DNA of 64,000 bases. It comes from Candidatus Bathyarchaeia archaeon (GTDB lineage: Archaea > Thermoproteota > Bathyarchaeia > TCS64). The notes beneath the pieces were generated by a model, which was not told the DNA's origin, searched no databases, and saw only the letters and a list, made by a program, of their open reading frames with translations. The translations under genes were made by a program, and so were the position numbers. The stretch spans positions 32,001-96,000 of the forward strand of contig JBEKDF010000004.1 of NCBI GenBank assembly GCA_050014495.1, read 5' to 3'. Below are positions 1-10,054 of this stretch, piece after piece (position 1 is the first letter of the stretch; each line of letters begins with the position of its first letter).

Positions 1-342
1 TACGTAGTACTCGCAGGTGTGCGCGATATCGACCCCCTAGAGCAGGAGATAATCGACAGCAGTGACATCGAGCACATCACTATCGAGGACATCCGGATGC
101 TCGGCCCAAACGTAACAGCGCAGATGGACCGGCTCTCACGGATCACAGACATCATATATGTCCATGTCGATACAGACATCCTCAGTGCTGAAGAGGTCCC
201 TGGCCACACAACGCCGGTACCGGATGGGTGTAACAGTGACCAGCTCTCCGCCACACTCGAGATCATGTTCAGGTATCCTAAGGCAGCCTCCTTCGGCATC
301 GCTAGTCTCCCCACGAAGGGCGACCCAGACGGCGTGCGTTGA
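1..342 (+). CDS. Arginase/agmatinase (ureohydrolase) family protein, C-terminal part (starts before window)
   Basis: Frame open from window start (YVVLAGVRDIDPLE); IYVHVDTDIL metal motif and VPG..PVPDG typical of ureohydrolases. Confidence 0.8.
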   Translation, partial: YVVLAGVRDIDPLEQEIIDSSDIEHITIEDIRMLGPNVTAQMDRLSRITDIIYVHVDTDILSAEEVPGHTTPVPDGCNSDQLSATLEIMFRYPKAASFGIASLPTKGDPDGVR

Positions 343-403
343 AGGCAATGTACAAGAGGGTAGAGGGAGTCATCAAGGGTGTAGATAGTCGCTCCCGCAG
401 AGC

Positions 404-904
404 TTAGACTTGAATTATTACACTCTCTGCCTTCTTGCCACTAAAGTAATCGATGTCAATCCTACCGATGAGGATCCGCTCGGTTGAGTGAGGTGTTATC
501 TGCTCCTCAATTATCTTATCAGGATCCTTGTCGAGATGTCTGATCATCAAGCGCAGGGCGTATGCCTTCTCCTCCTTATCCTCGACGAATGTGACCCTGC
601 CATGAAACTGGGCTGTCTTGTAGAGGTGGTCACAGCTTCCCTGCTGATATCCGTTGTCTATCATGACTTGGCCCCAGACACGCGGATTCGTCTTTAGAAT
701 ATCGACCTTCTTTCCTTCCCGCGCGGAATGGAAATAAATTCTATTCTTTTCCTCATCATAGCCGTGACTCAGGGTTGCGAGGTAGGGTTCTTCGTGGAGG
801 CTCATAGCGATTGTTACATATTTTGCCTCTCGGAGTATTGCCTTAACCTCGATCTCGTTTGTGATCGCCTTATCTTTGCGCCTCATTTGGTGCATTTCGG
901 ACAC
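404..904 (-). CDS. Pyridoxamine 5'-phosphate oxidase-like / NimA-family flavin-binding protein
   Basis: MRRKDKAI start, YFHSAREGKK and NPRV motifs. Confidence 0.85.
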   Translation of the reverse strand: MSEMHQMRRKDKAITNEIEVKAILREAKYVTIAMSLHEEPYLATLSHGYDEEKNRIYFHSAREGKKVDILKTNPRVWGQVMIDNGYQQGSCDHLYKTAQFHGRVTFVEDKEEKAYALRLMIRHLDKDPDKIIEEQITPHSTERILIGRIDIDYFSGKKAESVIIQV

Positions 905-908
905 CTTT

Positions 909-1625
909 TTAGAGTTTAACGGGTTTCGGGGGGTTCGGATAGGTGTATCTGCTCTGTGTGAGACCTAACTCGATAAGCATCTCCGCTAATCTGATTGAGG
1001 TCCTCCCGGGATGCACTAGCGTCGCCCCCGGGTATGATTCCTTCAATTCTTTTGTGAGTCTATCCACATGATTGTTGAGGGCCATACAGCCGAAGCATAC
1101 GGCATCTGCCCCGTCATCAATTGACTCAATGACTGTTTCCTTTACAGCATCGTAGCTCTCCGGCTTTCCAAGTTCTAGTACAGGGATATCGACGCTATAG
1201 ACGCCTATACACTTCTCCTCTAATCTATAATCTCTAATCTGACGCCATGCGAGCTGCTCCACCTCTGGGAGCTGCACTATGAGACTGAAGTAGTCGGCAA
1301 GGAAGGATGCGATGTGCATCGAGACACTTCCTGGCCCAAGTACGGGTATATTCACTAAGCTCCGAGCCGAGAGAAGGGACGGGTCATGGCCCCCCCAGAT
1401 CAATACTGCATCTGCACCGTCTTCCTCCGATTTAACAACACGCTCAAGTATACCGGGAGCCGCCAGCTCCATCTCCGCTAATGAATCAACTGATGGCGGC
1501 GGATTCCTTGTCATTACTAGATTAATCTCTGTACCCGGTGAGGCGTAGCTCTTTAGAATCTCGATCCTGCTCTTCAGGTCAGTCTCCGGTAGACCACCTA
1601 TTAGCATTACGACATCAATACGCAA
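909..1625 (-). CDS. Asp/Glu/hydantoin (allantoin) racemase family protein
   Basis: GADAVLI..GHDP, VNIPVLGPG, GADAVCFGCMAL; likely TTG start at 1625. Confidence 0.8.
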   Translation of the reverse strand: MRIDVVMLIGGLPETDLKSRIEILKSYASPGTEINLVMTRNPPPSVDSLAEMELAAPGILERVVKSEEDGADAVLIWGGHDPSLLSARSLVNIPVLGPGSVSMHIASFLADYFSLIVQLPEVEQLAWRQIRDYRLEEKCIGVYSVDIPVLELGKPESYDAVKETVIESIDDGADAVCFGCMALNNHVDRLTKELKESYPGATLVHPGRTSIRLAEMLIELGLTQSRYTYPNPPKPVKL

Positions 1626-1689
1626 ACGAATCACTAACATTAGAGGCCTGGTTTGAGAATAAAAGGCCCTGAATAGAATCATCCCGGAG

Positions 1690-2667
1690 TCAGTTACTCA
1701 TGATCTTCTTTAGTACGAGATTTGCGACAGATGAATCCTGTATGGCGATGCCAACGCTCTTGAATACGGTGAGACCATCCGTGGGGGTCCTGCCTTGTTT
1801 TTCGCCAGTAACTATCTCACCGAGTTCGGCGTATATGTGAGCCTCCTTTATCACGCCTTCCTTGATTGGGATGAGAATGTCACCAGACTCTAGCCTTATT
1901 GCCTCCCACTCGTCGATGACGACTTTGGCATCCTTTATTATACGCGTCTCAAGCTCCCTCCAGTCAGGGTAGAAGGCACCTATCGCGGAGATGTGCACCT
2001 TGTCAGCGAGCCAAGCACGCTTAATGACGGGGGTCTTTGATGTCGTAGCAGTGAGGATTATGTCAGCACCCTTACATGCCTCCTCTCCACTCACAGACTT
2101 GGTGATCGGTATACCTAGCTTACTCTCCATATCCTCAGCGAACCTGTCTACAACGGATTTAATTGGGTCGTAGACCCTTATCTCATCGAGTTTTCGCACA
2201 GTTGCCGCTGCCCAAACTTGGTTCCTTGCCTGTACTCCAGCGCCGAAGACCGTAGCAATCCTCGCATCTCTAGGGGCAAGATACTTCACCGCGACCCCAG
2301 AAACCGCGCCTGTCCTGACCCCAGTTAGATACGTAGCATCCATGAATGCCCTGACCTGCCCTGTTTCCGGGTCATTCACGACTATCCATGCAGCAGTCGT
2401 GGGTAATCCCTTCCTCGGGTTATCCGGGTAGATGCTAATTATCTTCGTCGCTTGCGCCTTAGATTCCTCGAGATAGGATGGCATAAAGCTGATGCTTCCA
2501 TTGTATTCTTGGAGCATTATTGTATTCCTTGTAGGCATCACTACGTTTCCACGTTGAAGCTGGGCAAATGCTCCCTCTACTGCCTCAATAGCCTCCCCCA
2601 TCGTCAGTAAGCCAGCGATGTCACCATCGCTCAGAATGAACATGGGTAACTCACCGCGTCCACCCAA
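1690..2667 (-). CDS. Ornithine cyclodeaminase/mu-crystallin family (archaeal alanine dehydrogenase-like)
   Basis: LTGVRTGAVSG, FGAGVQA Rossmann motif, VFKSVGIAIQD. Confidence 0.9.
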   Translation of the reverse strand: MGGRGELPMFILSDGDIAGLLTMGEAIEAVEGAFAQLQRGNVVMPTRNTIMLQEYNGSISFMPSYLEESKAQATKIISIYPDNPRKGLPTTAAWIVVNDPETGQVRAFMDATYLTGVRTGAVSGVAVKYLAPRDARIATVFGAGVQARNQVWAAATVRKLDEIRVYDPIKSVVDRFAEDMESKLGIPITKSVSGEEACKGADIILTATTSKTPVIKRAWLADKVHISAIGAFYPDWRELETRIIKDAKVVIDEWEAIRLESGDILIPIKEGVIKEAHIYAELGEIVTGEKQGRTPTDGLTVFKSVGIAIQDSSVANLVLKKIMSN

Positions 2668-2804
2668 TTAAAAACATGAGTGAAATAACTATCAAAAAGA
2701 AATTATGATAGAACGAAAAATATACCAAGAAAACTATGTACCCGAAAAATTATCTTTAAAATATGACTCGATTTTATGTTCTGATTCGGGTGCGATAAAG
2801 GTTC

Positions 2805-3905
2805 CTAGAGTTTGCTCGTGAAGCTATTGACGCGCTCCACGACATCCCTCAGAACTGGTATCGGTGCCGTCATCGGCACTCTGATGAAACCCTCCTGCTT
2901 CGTACCGAAGGCTGAGCCGCTGCTTAGCGATACATTCTCTGCCTTCTCCAGTTTCTCGATGAAGTCATCGCTCTTTAAGCCATACTTCCGGGCGTCGAAC
3001 CATGCGTAGAAGGCACCCTCGAACTTGTGGCAGGGCATACCCATATCATCGATCGCCTTTGTGAAGTAGTCGCGGCGAGCGGAGTACTCCTTCCTCCTCT
3101 CATCGACATATTTGAAGTCGCCTCGTAAGCACGCGACTCCAGCTGGGTAGATGAAGGTCGCCGGCCTAGGCGCTGTGACCCTCGCAACCGTCTGTGCCTT
3201 CTCAAGGTACTTGTCCGGCACAATGACGTACCCAAGCCTCCAGCCCGTCATGCTGAATGTCTTGCTGAAGCTCATGATGTTAATTGTTCTCTCGCGGAGG
3301 TCACCTATGGTGCTCGGGGCGATGAACTTATTGTTGTCATAGACGTAGTGAAGGTAGATCTCGTCGCTGAAGATAGCGAGGTCGTGGTCCTCTGCGAGAT
3401 CGCCAACTGCCTCAATCTCCTTCTTCGTGTAAACTGAACCCGTTGGGTTGTTAGGGTTGCAGACTAGGACCGCCTTCGTCTTCTTCGTGACATAGTTTGA
3501 TAGTTTGTCAAGGTCCATGTGATACTTATTCTCTCTGCGTAGCTCGGGTATCTGCATCTTAATACCCATGTCCTTGAGCATGACGTAGTGGTTGCTGTAG
3601 CTGGGCTCCCAGAGAATGATCTCGTCTCCCTCCTTGAGGACAGATGCCATCGCTATGTATAGGGCCGCGCTGCTACCTGCTACTGGTATGACCTGCGATT
3701 CCTTGTACTCGGGGCCGATCCACTTCTTGTAGTAGTCTACGACCGCGTCGCGGAACTGCTTAGGAATTTCATTACCACCATAGTGAGTCCAGTTGCCCCC
3801 CTTCTTTATCGCGTCCTGAGCCGCCTCGATGGCGTACTTTGGAGCCTCAACATCAGGGTCCCCGGCGTTCAACTTCACATAAGGCTTGCTCGGCATTTCA
3901 AGCAC
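2805..3905 (-). CDS. PLP-dependent aminotransferase class I/II
   Basis: NPNNPTG, SDEIY, SFSKTFSMTGWRLG. Confidence 0.95.
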   Translation of the reverse strand: MLEMPSKPYVKLNAGDPDVEAPKYAIEAAQDAIKKGGNWTHYGGNEIPKQFRDAVVDYYKKWIGPEYKESQVIPVAGSSAALYIAMASVLKEGDEIILWEPSYSNHYVMLKDMGIKMQIPELRRENKYHMDLDKLSNYVTKKTKAVLVCNPNNPTGSVYTKKEIEAVGDLAEDHDLAIFSDEIYLHYVYDNNKFIAPSTIGDLRERTINIMSFSKTFSMTGWRLGYVIVPDKYLEKAQTVARVTAPRPATFIYPAGVACLRGDFKYVDERRKEYSARRDYFTKAIDDMGMPCHKFEGAFYAWFDARKYGLKSDDFIEKLEKAENVSLSSGSAFGTKQEGFIRVPMTAPIPVLRDVVERVNSFTSKL

Positions 3906-4226
3906 CTTTCACTAGAAGGCGTCGAGAAGGGTATTTAACACTAGTCGATAATGGATAAGACAAAATCGGACACGCGTTACTTATAACCATCTGTCTGGGA
4001 GAGAAAGTAAGCCTCCTCGAGAAAGAAGTAAAATTCACTCACCTTATTTCCATAAAGAAGCGGGGTTACACCCTTAACTCGCGAAGACAACCGCATGTCT
4101 TATGAAATCCGTTTAGCCGCGTCATTTGTCGTTGCCGATGTAAAATTTACTAGCAGCGCGCGCGACTACAAGGCGTTGCCTAGGTCACTTCATAGATACT
4201 TCGAGAAGCCGACGCAGGAAGAGGAA

Positions 4227-5108
4227 CTAGCCAAGTAGGTTCTGTAGATAGTCCCCTATCTTCTTTTGTACGGGTATGCCGGTTGCTTCAATAAGTGCCT
4301 TATAACCTGGGTAACAATTTGCTTCGAGGACATATGGTTTACCGTCCTCACCAGGCAGGATGTCCACTCCACATATCTTTAGCCCAGTTGCTTCTGCGAC
4401 CTCTATGGAGAGTTCATCGTAGATCGTGTCATTGAACACTTCCGCGGAACCCCCAACAGCGACGTTGTAGCGGAAATCCTCATTGTTGAACCTTCTCTCT
4501 CTTCCTACCACCTCATCATCTACGATGAGACATCGGACATCATAGCCAAGGTTTGGTACGAACTCCTGGAGGTAGTAGACACCCTGGGCGTGCTCCCTTG
4601 TGTACCAGACTAGAAATTGGAGTAGATCATCCCGCCTCCTTATACCGCTAAGCTTAGTGACTCCTATCCCCCTCGCACCACAGGTGGGCTTGAGGACAAC
4701 TTCTTTTTCCCTCTCGATGAGGTCGTGGGCGAAGGCGTACGCCTCTTCGACATTTTCCGTGGCAATTGTCTTGGGATGAGGCAGACCTAACTTGACTAAT
4801 CTCATTGTTAGCTGCTCCTTAGAATATTGGAGCATCGATTCTACCGGGTTTACCACGATTGCCTTCTTCTCTAATTCACGAAGAATCAGCAGTCTATGAG
4901 TAAGTTCGTATGTGCTCCCACGGTGAAGCATGTTGCTGGGTGCGTAGACGACTTCGGCGTCGAGATCGGGTAGGTTTGGCAGGCTGAAGTCCCAAGGTGC
5001 CATTGAGCGTACTTTAAGCCCTCTCCCTCTGAGCTCCTCTGTGACGAGTTTTACCTCCTGAACTCCAGGATTATCCGTGAATATGAGTATGCTCAAACCG
5101 GCAGCCAA
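4227..5108 (-). CDS. RimK/LysX-family ATP-grasp amino-acid ligase
   Basis: VVLKP..GARGIGV, LQEFV, FRYNVAVGG, GVDIL, VLEAN..PG. Confidence 0.85.
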   Translation of the reverse strand: MAAGLSILIFTDNPGVQEVKLVTEELRGRGLKVRSMAPWDFSLPNLPDLDAEVVYAPSNMLHRGSTYELTHRLLILRELEKKAIVVNPVESMLQYSKEQLTMRLVKLGLPHPKTIATENVEEAYAFAHDLIEREKEVVLKPTCGARGIGVTKLSGIRRRDDLLQFLVWYTREHAQGVYYLQEFVPNLGYDVRCLIVDDEVVGRERRFNNEDFRYNVAVGGSAEVFNDTIYDELSIEVAEATGLKICGVDILPGEDGKPYVLEANCYPGYKALIEATGIPVQKKIGDYLQNLLG

Positions 5109-5306
5109 ATAGGGTTGAGGTGCTTCACTTAAATTCCTTTTTAGAATAACTCAGTTATTGTTCCTTCTGCGATAATCCTGGAACGAAATTTATATAGATT
5201 ATATAGATTATGTAGGAGTATATTTTCTATGAAAGGAAATTATAAAGCTGATCGATTAGATTCGATCCTAATATCCCTTACATAACTATATACTGGAGTA
5301 GAGAAA

Positions 5307-6947
5307 ATGGCGAATCGGCTACTTGACTCAATTATGGTGAGACTCGACAAGCTGTCTTCTCACCGCGAGTCAAAGAGAGCGGTGTATATCATCGCTGTAG
5401 TCTTCCTAGTTTTCTTCATTCTGCTTCCTCCAATCCTCGGCATAACATTCGAATTAGATCTGGTCGGGCAGGTCTTCTCTAATAATGACCTTCTACTGCG
5501 AGCAGAAGCCTCGATATTCTGGTCATTCGCTATCGCGTTATCCGTGGCGACGTTAGACCTCTTAGCTGGCCTCCCCTTCGCTTGGTATATCGCTAGGAGT
5601 AAATCACGCTGGATTAATATATTGGATGCCCTTGCGGACATACCGTTCGTCATCCCGACGGTTGCACTGGGTTTTTCGACGCTGCTCTTCTGGGGTAACA
5701 CAGGACCAATCAGCGTCCTTGGGGTCTCTTTGGCTCCTGGGTTGATCCTTGTACTTTTACTCCACTTCACATTCTCCTTCCCGGTAGTTGTTAGGGTAAT
5801 GGTCGGTGAACTACTCGCGTACAACACTATCTATGAGACAGCGGCGAAGACCCTCGGGGCTCGCACGTTCACGATAGCGAGAACCGTGACCCTCCCCCTC
5901 CTCAGACCTGGATTAATAGCGGCGTTCTTACTGGCCTTCGCTAGGTCACTATCTGAAACCGGTGCAACAGTGATAGTGGCTGGTGGCTTCGAGAACGGTC
6001 CTGTCTTCATAAACAATGCCAAGAACGCTGGCCTCCAGGGTCCTATGGTCCTCGTAAGCTTCACACTCATAATATCATCTGTTACAGTCTTCGCTCTCAT
6101 CCGTCTGCTCGGTAATAGGCTGAAGATTCCGATAAACAGGGTCTATCCAAGTCCAGAAGCAAGGTTGAGCTCTGGTAGGAGCGTAAATATGAGAAACGGG
6201 CTAACCTTCTTCATCTTCGGTTTCTTCGTCCTTATCCCAGCGATCTACATCACATTCCCTACATTCACCGCGTTGACGGATGGGACGCTTCAGAGAGCGA
6301 TCTCTGGAGTAGGAGTCTGGTCCAGTTATTGGCAGTCGATGACATTCTCCTACACTATAAGCGTGCTTGTAACGTTGATTAACATAGGCTTAGGGCTACC
6401 CGTTGCCATTCTCATCGCAAGGAAGAGGCTTGGTAGGCTCTGGACGACCCTACTCGACGCCATTGTGAACGTCCCGATAGTCGTGCCTAGCGTAGCACTG
6501 GGCGTATCTCTCGGAATATTCTGGCGCTCCTTTGGTTTCCTACCAGAATTCTGGATACTCGTCTTTGCCCAGATGACAATTACATACACTTACTTTGTTC
6601 AGGCGATGGCCGCTGCGATAGAAGGAATACCTTTAGAGATGGAGGAAACAGCGAGAACTCTAGGCAGCAGGCCCTTTCATGTCTTCAGGAAAATCATTGT
6701 TCCGCTCACAAAGTATAGCTTCCTATCCGGAGCGATACTCGTCTTCACGAGAAGCCTCAACGAGACTGGCGCTGCGACCGCGGTCTCCCAGACCCTGAAG
6801 ACCTCTCCGGTGCTCTTGGTCTCCTGGATCAAGCACCAGGTGCCAGCAACACAGTCAGATATCGCATTGGGAATCGCATTCTTAGTCTTGATTTCCTTTG
6901 CCTCTCTATTAGCGCTTAGGCTCATAGTATATAGGGGGAAGAAGTGA
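5307..6947 (+). CDS. ABC transporter permease with two fused TM modules (Fe3+/thiamine/anion class)
   Basis: Two EAA loops (ETAAKTLGA, EETARTLGS); about 12 hydrophobic segments. Confidence 0.9.
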   Translation: MANRLLDSIMVRLDKLSSHRESKRAVYIIAVVFLVFFILLPPILGITFELDLVGQVFSNNDLLLRAEASIFWSFAIALSVATLDLLAGLPFAWYIARSKSRWINILDALADIPFVIPTVALGFSTLLFWGNTGPISVLGVSLAPGLILVLLLHFTFSFPVVVRVMVGELLAYNTIYETAAKTLGARTFTIARTVTLPLLRPGLIAAFLLAFARSLSETGATVIVAGGFENGPVFINNAKNAGLQGPMVLVSFTLIISSVTVFALIRLLGNRLKIPINRVYPSPEARLSSGRSVNMRNGLTFFIFGFFVLIPAIYITFPTFTALTDGTLQRAISGVGVWSSYWQSMTFSYTISVLVTLINIGLGLPVAILIARKRLGRLWTTLLDAIVNVPIVVPSVALGVSLGIFWRSFGFLPEFWILVFAQMTITYTYFVQAMAAAIEGIPLEMEETARTLGSRPFHVFRKIIVPLTKYSFLSGAILVFTRSLNETGAATAVSQTLKTSPVLLVSWIKHQVPATQSDIALGIAFLVLISFASLLALRLIVYRGKK

Positions 6948-6948
6948 G

Positions 6949-8058
6949 ATGCCCACACTCCGCTTGTTGAACGTTACGAAGCGCTTTGATAATGTTAAGG
7001 CACTCGACGGTGTAACTTTTGATGTGAAGGATCGTGAGTACGTTTGTATCCTCGGATCAACGGGAAGCGGTAAGACTACACTGCTTCGGACGATAGCTGG
7101 CATCATCAAGCCGGATGAAGGCGAGATTTTCATCGACTCGAGGAATGTCAATAAAACCTTGGCTGAGGATAGGAACACCGTCTATGTGCCACAGACATAT
7201 GCCCTCTTCCCGCACATGACTGTCCTAGAAAATGTCGCATTCGGACCATTGGCCAAGGACAATAGTAAGGTCAATGCGGAACAAACCGCAATGAATGTGC
7301 TAAGACTCGTGAGATTAGACAAACGTATCGATGCATATCCGAACGAGCTTAGTGGAGGTATGCAGCAACGTGTAGCCCTCGCGAGAGGCCTCGCATCTGG
7401 TGCTAAGTTACTCCTATTAGACGAACCCTTAGGCGCTCTCGACGTCAGATTACGTCTAGAACTTAGAGTACAGCTTAGACGACTCGCGAAGGAGTCAGGT
7501 TTTACTGTCATCCACGTGACCCACGACCAGGAGGAAGCAATGACTATAGGCGACCGTATTCTAGTCCTCCGTAAGGGACGCTTGCAACAGTACGGGACGC
7601 CTTACCACGTTTACAACCGTCCAGAGAAGATATTCGTCGCCAATTTCGTAGGGAACACAAACTTCCTCGAGGCGATTGTTGAAAGTAGGTCGAGGGAGGG
7701 AAGCACCTTAACCCTTAGGGAAGGTCTGAAAATCAGAGTCCTCGACTCAAGCTTCGAACCGGAGGAAGCCGTTATCGTTGCTTTAAGGGAGGAGAAGATC
7801 TCGGTAACGCCCGAACCGAGAGGGGATGAACCTAACAGATTATCTGGTGAGATAATTGAGGTCCACTTCTTAGGCAGCCATGTTCGATATGTGATCAGGT
7901 TAACGAACGGTGACGAAGTTGCCGCCCGTGTTGCAATAAAGGAGGCAAGAAATGAACTCAATCATGGTGACTGGGTTAGTATTAGTTTCGATCCGATGAA
8001 CTCACACATCTACGAGTACCCGATGCTTGGGCTACAGAGCGAGCTGGAGGCGAGCTAG
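6949..8058 (+). CDS. ABC transporter ATP-binding protein (PotA/FbpC-like with TOBE domain)
   Basis: Walker A GSTGSGKT, LSGGMQQR, LLLLDEP, VTHDQEEA. Confidence 0.95.
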   Translation: MPTLRLLNVTKRFDNVKALDGVTFDVKDREYVCILGSTGSGKTTLLRTIAGIIKPDEGEIFIDSRNVNKTLAEDRNTVYVPQTYALFPHMTVLENVAFGPLAKDNSKVNAEQTAMNVLRLVRLDKRIDAYPNELSGGMQQRVALARGLASGAKLLLLDEPLGALDVRLRLELRVQLRRLAKESGFTVIHVTHDQEEAMTIGDRILVLRKGRLQQYGTPYHVYNRPEKIFVANFVGNTNFLEAIVESRSREGSTLTLREGLKIRVLDSSFEPEEAVIVALREEKISVTPEPRGDEPNRLSGEIIEVHFLGSHVRYVIRLTNGDEVAARVAIKEARNELNHGDWVSISFDPMNSHIYEYPMLGLQSELEAS

Positions 8059-9168
8059 ATGCCAGAGATTAAGGTCGTAGGACTCAGGAAGCAGTATGGA
8101 AAGGTTATAGCACTTAACGGTATCGACCTCACAATTTATGATGACGAGTACCTCTCAATCGTTGGTCCAAGTGGCTGTGGAAAGACGACACTCATCAAAT
8201 CGATCGCTGGAGTCGTTCAACCCGACGAAGGTTACGTACTAATCAATAATAAAAATGTGACAACCCTTCCCATTGAAGATAGAGGTATTGGCTATGTTTT
8301 CCAAGAAATAGCCCTATTTCCTCACATGAATGTCTATGATAACGTTTCCTACGGCCTCATGATTCGTGGCGTCTCACCTATTGAACGTGATAGGCCCGTA
8401 GAAGAGATGCTCCACATGATGAACTTGGAGGATTATGTATCTCTTTATCCTAAGGAACTCAGTGGCGGAGCAAGGCAGAAGACTGCGATATCTAGGGCTC
8501 TCACATCGGGTTCAACCCTCCTACTTTTAGACGAGCCCCTCGGAGCCCTTGATCTCAAGGTTAGAACCGTCCTCCGATACGAGCTTCGGCGACTAGTAAA
8601 GGATCTAGGTCTAACCGCGATACACGTGACACATGATCAAGAAGAGGCCTTATCAGTTTCAGACCGAATTATCGTTATGAAGGCTGGGAGAATCGTGGAA
8701 GTTGGTCCGCCAAAAGAACTCTACATGAAGCCAAAAGAGCTATTTACGGCAAAGTTCCTAGGAGAAGCTAACTTCATCACCGGTGAGATACTTGAGATAG
8801 ATAATACTGACCTCTTAATCGACGTGAATAAATTCAAGATAAAGACAAAATGCGATCTTACACCACCGCTCAGGAAAAAGGAAGCCTGTGTTTTAGCAAT
8901 CCGTCCCGAGCTCATAGATCTTAACAGGAATCCCCAAAAAGAAAATTCATTTAGATGTGATGTCGTCGAGGCGAATTTCGTTGGGGACTCAATAAGATAT
9001 ACGGTGAAGACCGAGAATGATATATCCCTACTAGTTAAGACGCCTATCATAGGCGAGGAGAAGAACCTAGCGATAGGAGATGAGGCATACGTAAGCCTAC
9101 CTGTTGTGAATCTTCTAATTTTCAGAGTCCCCGATGAGGGACTGGAGAAAGCTCTATCACTTGAATAG
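8059..9168 (+). CDS. Second ABC transporter ATP-binding protein (PotA/FbpC-like)
   Basis: GPSGCGKT, LSGGARQK, LLLLDEP, VTHDQEEA. Confidence 0.95.
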   Translation: MPEIKVVGLRKQYGKVIALNGIDLTIYDDEYLSIVGPSGCGKTTLIKSIAGVVQPDEGYVLINNKNVTTLPIEDRGIGYVFQEIALFPHMNVYDNVSYGLMIRGVSPIERDRPVEEMLHMMNLEDYVSLYPKELSGGARQKTAISRALTSGSTLLLLDEPLGALDLKVRTVLRYELRRLVKDLGLTAIHVTHDQEEALSVSDRIIVMKAGRIVEVGPPKELYMKPKELFTAKFLGEANFITGEILEIDNTDLLIDVNKFKIKTKCDLTPPLRKKEACVLAIRPELIDLNRNPQKENSFRCDVVEANFVGDSIRYTVKTENDISLLVKTPIIGEEKNLAIGDEAYVSLPVVNLLIFRVPDEGLEKALSLE

Positions 9169-9182
9169 GGTGAGATGTAACT

Positions 9183-9860
9183 GTGAAACCACTCGAGAGT
9201 TGGCTAAAGACGCGTAGAAAGGTTCAAGCAATAAGCATGCTCCTGGAGCACTCAAAGACCACTGTAATGGCTGCAGAGCAACTAGATCGATGCATCAACT
9301 TTGCACTCCAAGGGAAGAGGGAGGACCTTGAACGCAGCTTCGAAGTTCTTCAGTTAAAGGAAAAGGAGGCCGATCTCTTAAAGAGAAAAATTATTGGCGA
9401 ACTCGCAACAGGCGACCTCCCAATTTCAGAAAGGGAGGATCTCATGCGCTTAGGGAGACAAATCGATGACGTGATAGACTGGATAAATGAAACTGGACGA
9501 ATACTCGTCGAGTTCAGACTCTTAGATATGCCAGATGAAGTGAAGGTAACTACTGGCGAGATGGCACACGTGATAAAGACATGCGTCATAAAGCTCGACG
9601 ACTGCATAGAAAAGTTGACAGATAGGGAGTTCCAGGATGCCTTAAAGGCTGCTGACGAGGTTGAGCGATTGGAAGAGCAGATGGATGGTCTCTACCAGAG
9701 AGGGAGACGATCCATATCGGGTCTCACCACTGCATCTGTCGAGATCGGTCAGGCCATCCTTCTATCCGATTTTATGGACTCGCTCGAGACAATTACTGAT
9801 CGTTGCGAGGACACATGCGATGAGGTCAGAGTCATCGCAGTGACGGCCCCTGAACTTTGA
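9183..9860 (+). CDS. DUF47 / PhoU-like phosphate transport regulator
   Basis: Helical; EKEADLLKR, REDL..L..IDDVID, LE.ITDRCEDTCD. Confidence 0.85.
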   Translation: MKPLESWLKTRRKVQAISMLLEHSKTTVMAAEQLDRCINFALQGKREDLERSFEVLQLKEKEADLLKRKIIGELATGDLPISEREDLMRLGRQIDDVIDWINETGRILVEFRLLDMPDEVKVTTGEMAHVIKTCVIKLDDCIEKLTDREFQDALKAADEVERLEEQMDGLYQRGRRSISGLTTASVEIGQAILLSDFMDSLETITDRCEDTCDEVRVIAVTAPEL

Positions 9861-10054
9861 TCTCTGTGCTTATATAATTAATTCATATGGTTAAATTGAC
9901 CTCTTCTCCATGCATTCCTCGAGAGTAGCTATAATATCCCCGTGCTGGTGCTAACCCAGAATTCGAATTGTTTATGATTAGAGTACGGTTGAATGATCCT
10001 TCTTTGAAATGTTTTAAATCGGTTGCGCGTAAACAGTTCCTCGGTGCACAAATT

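Noticed and set aside
5360..9050. Numerous antisense ORFs over the ABC genes, and similar shadow ORFs across the window
   Set aside because: They fully overlap well-supported genes on the opposite strand and have no motifs.
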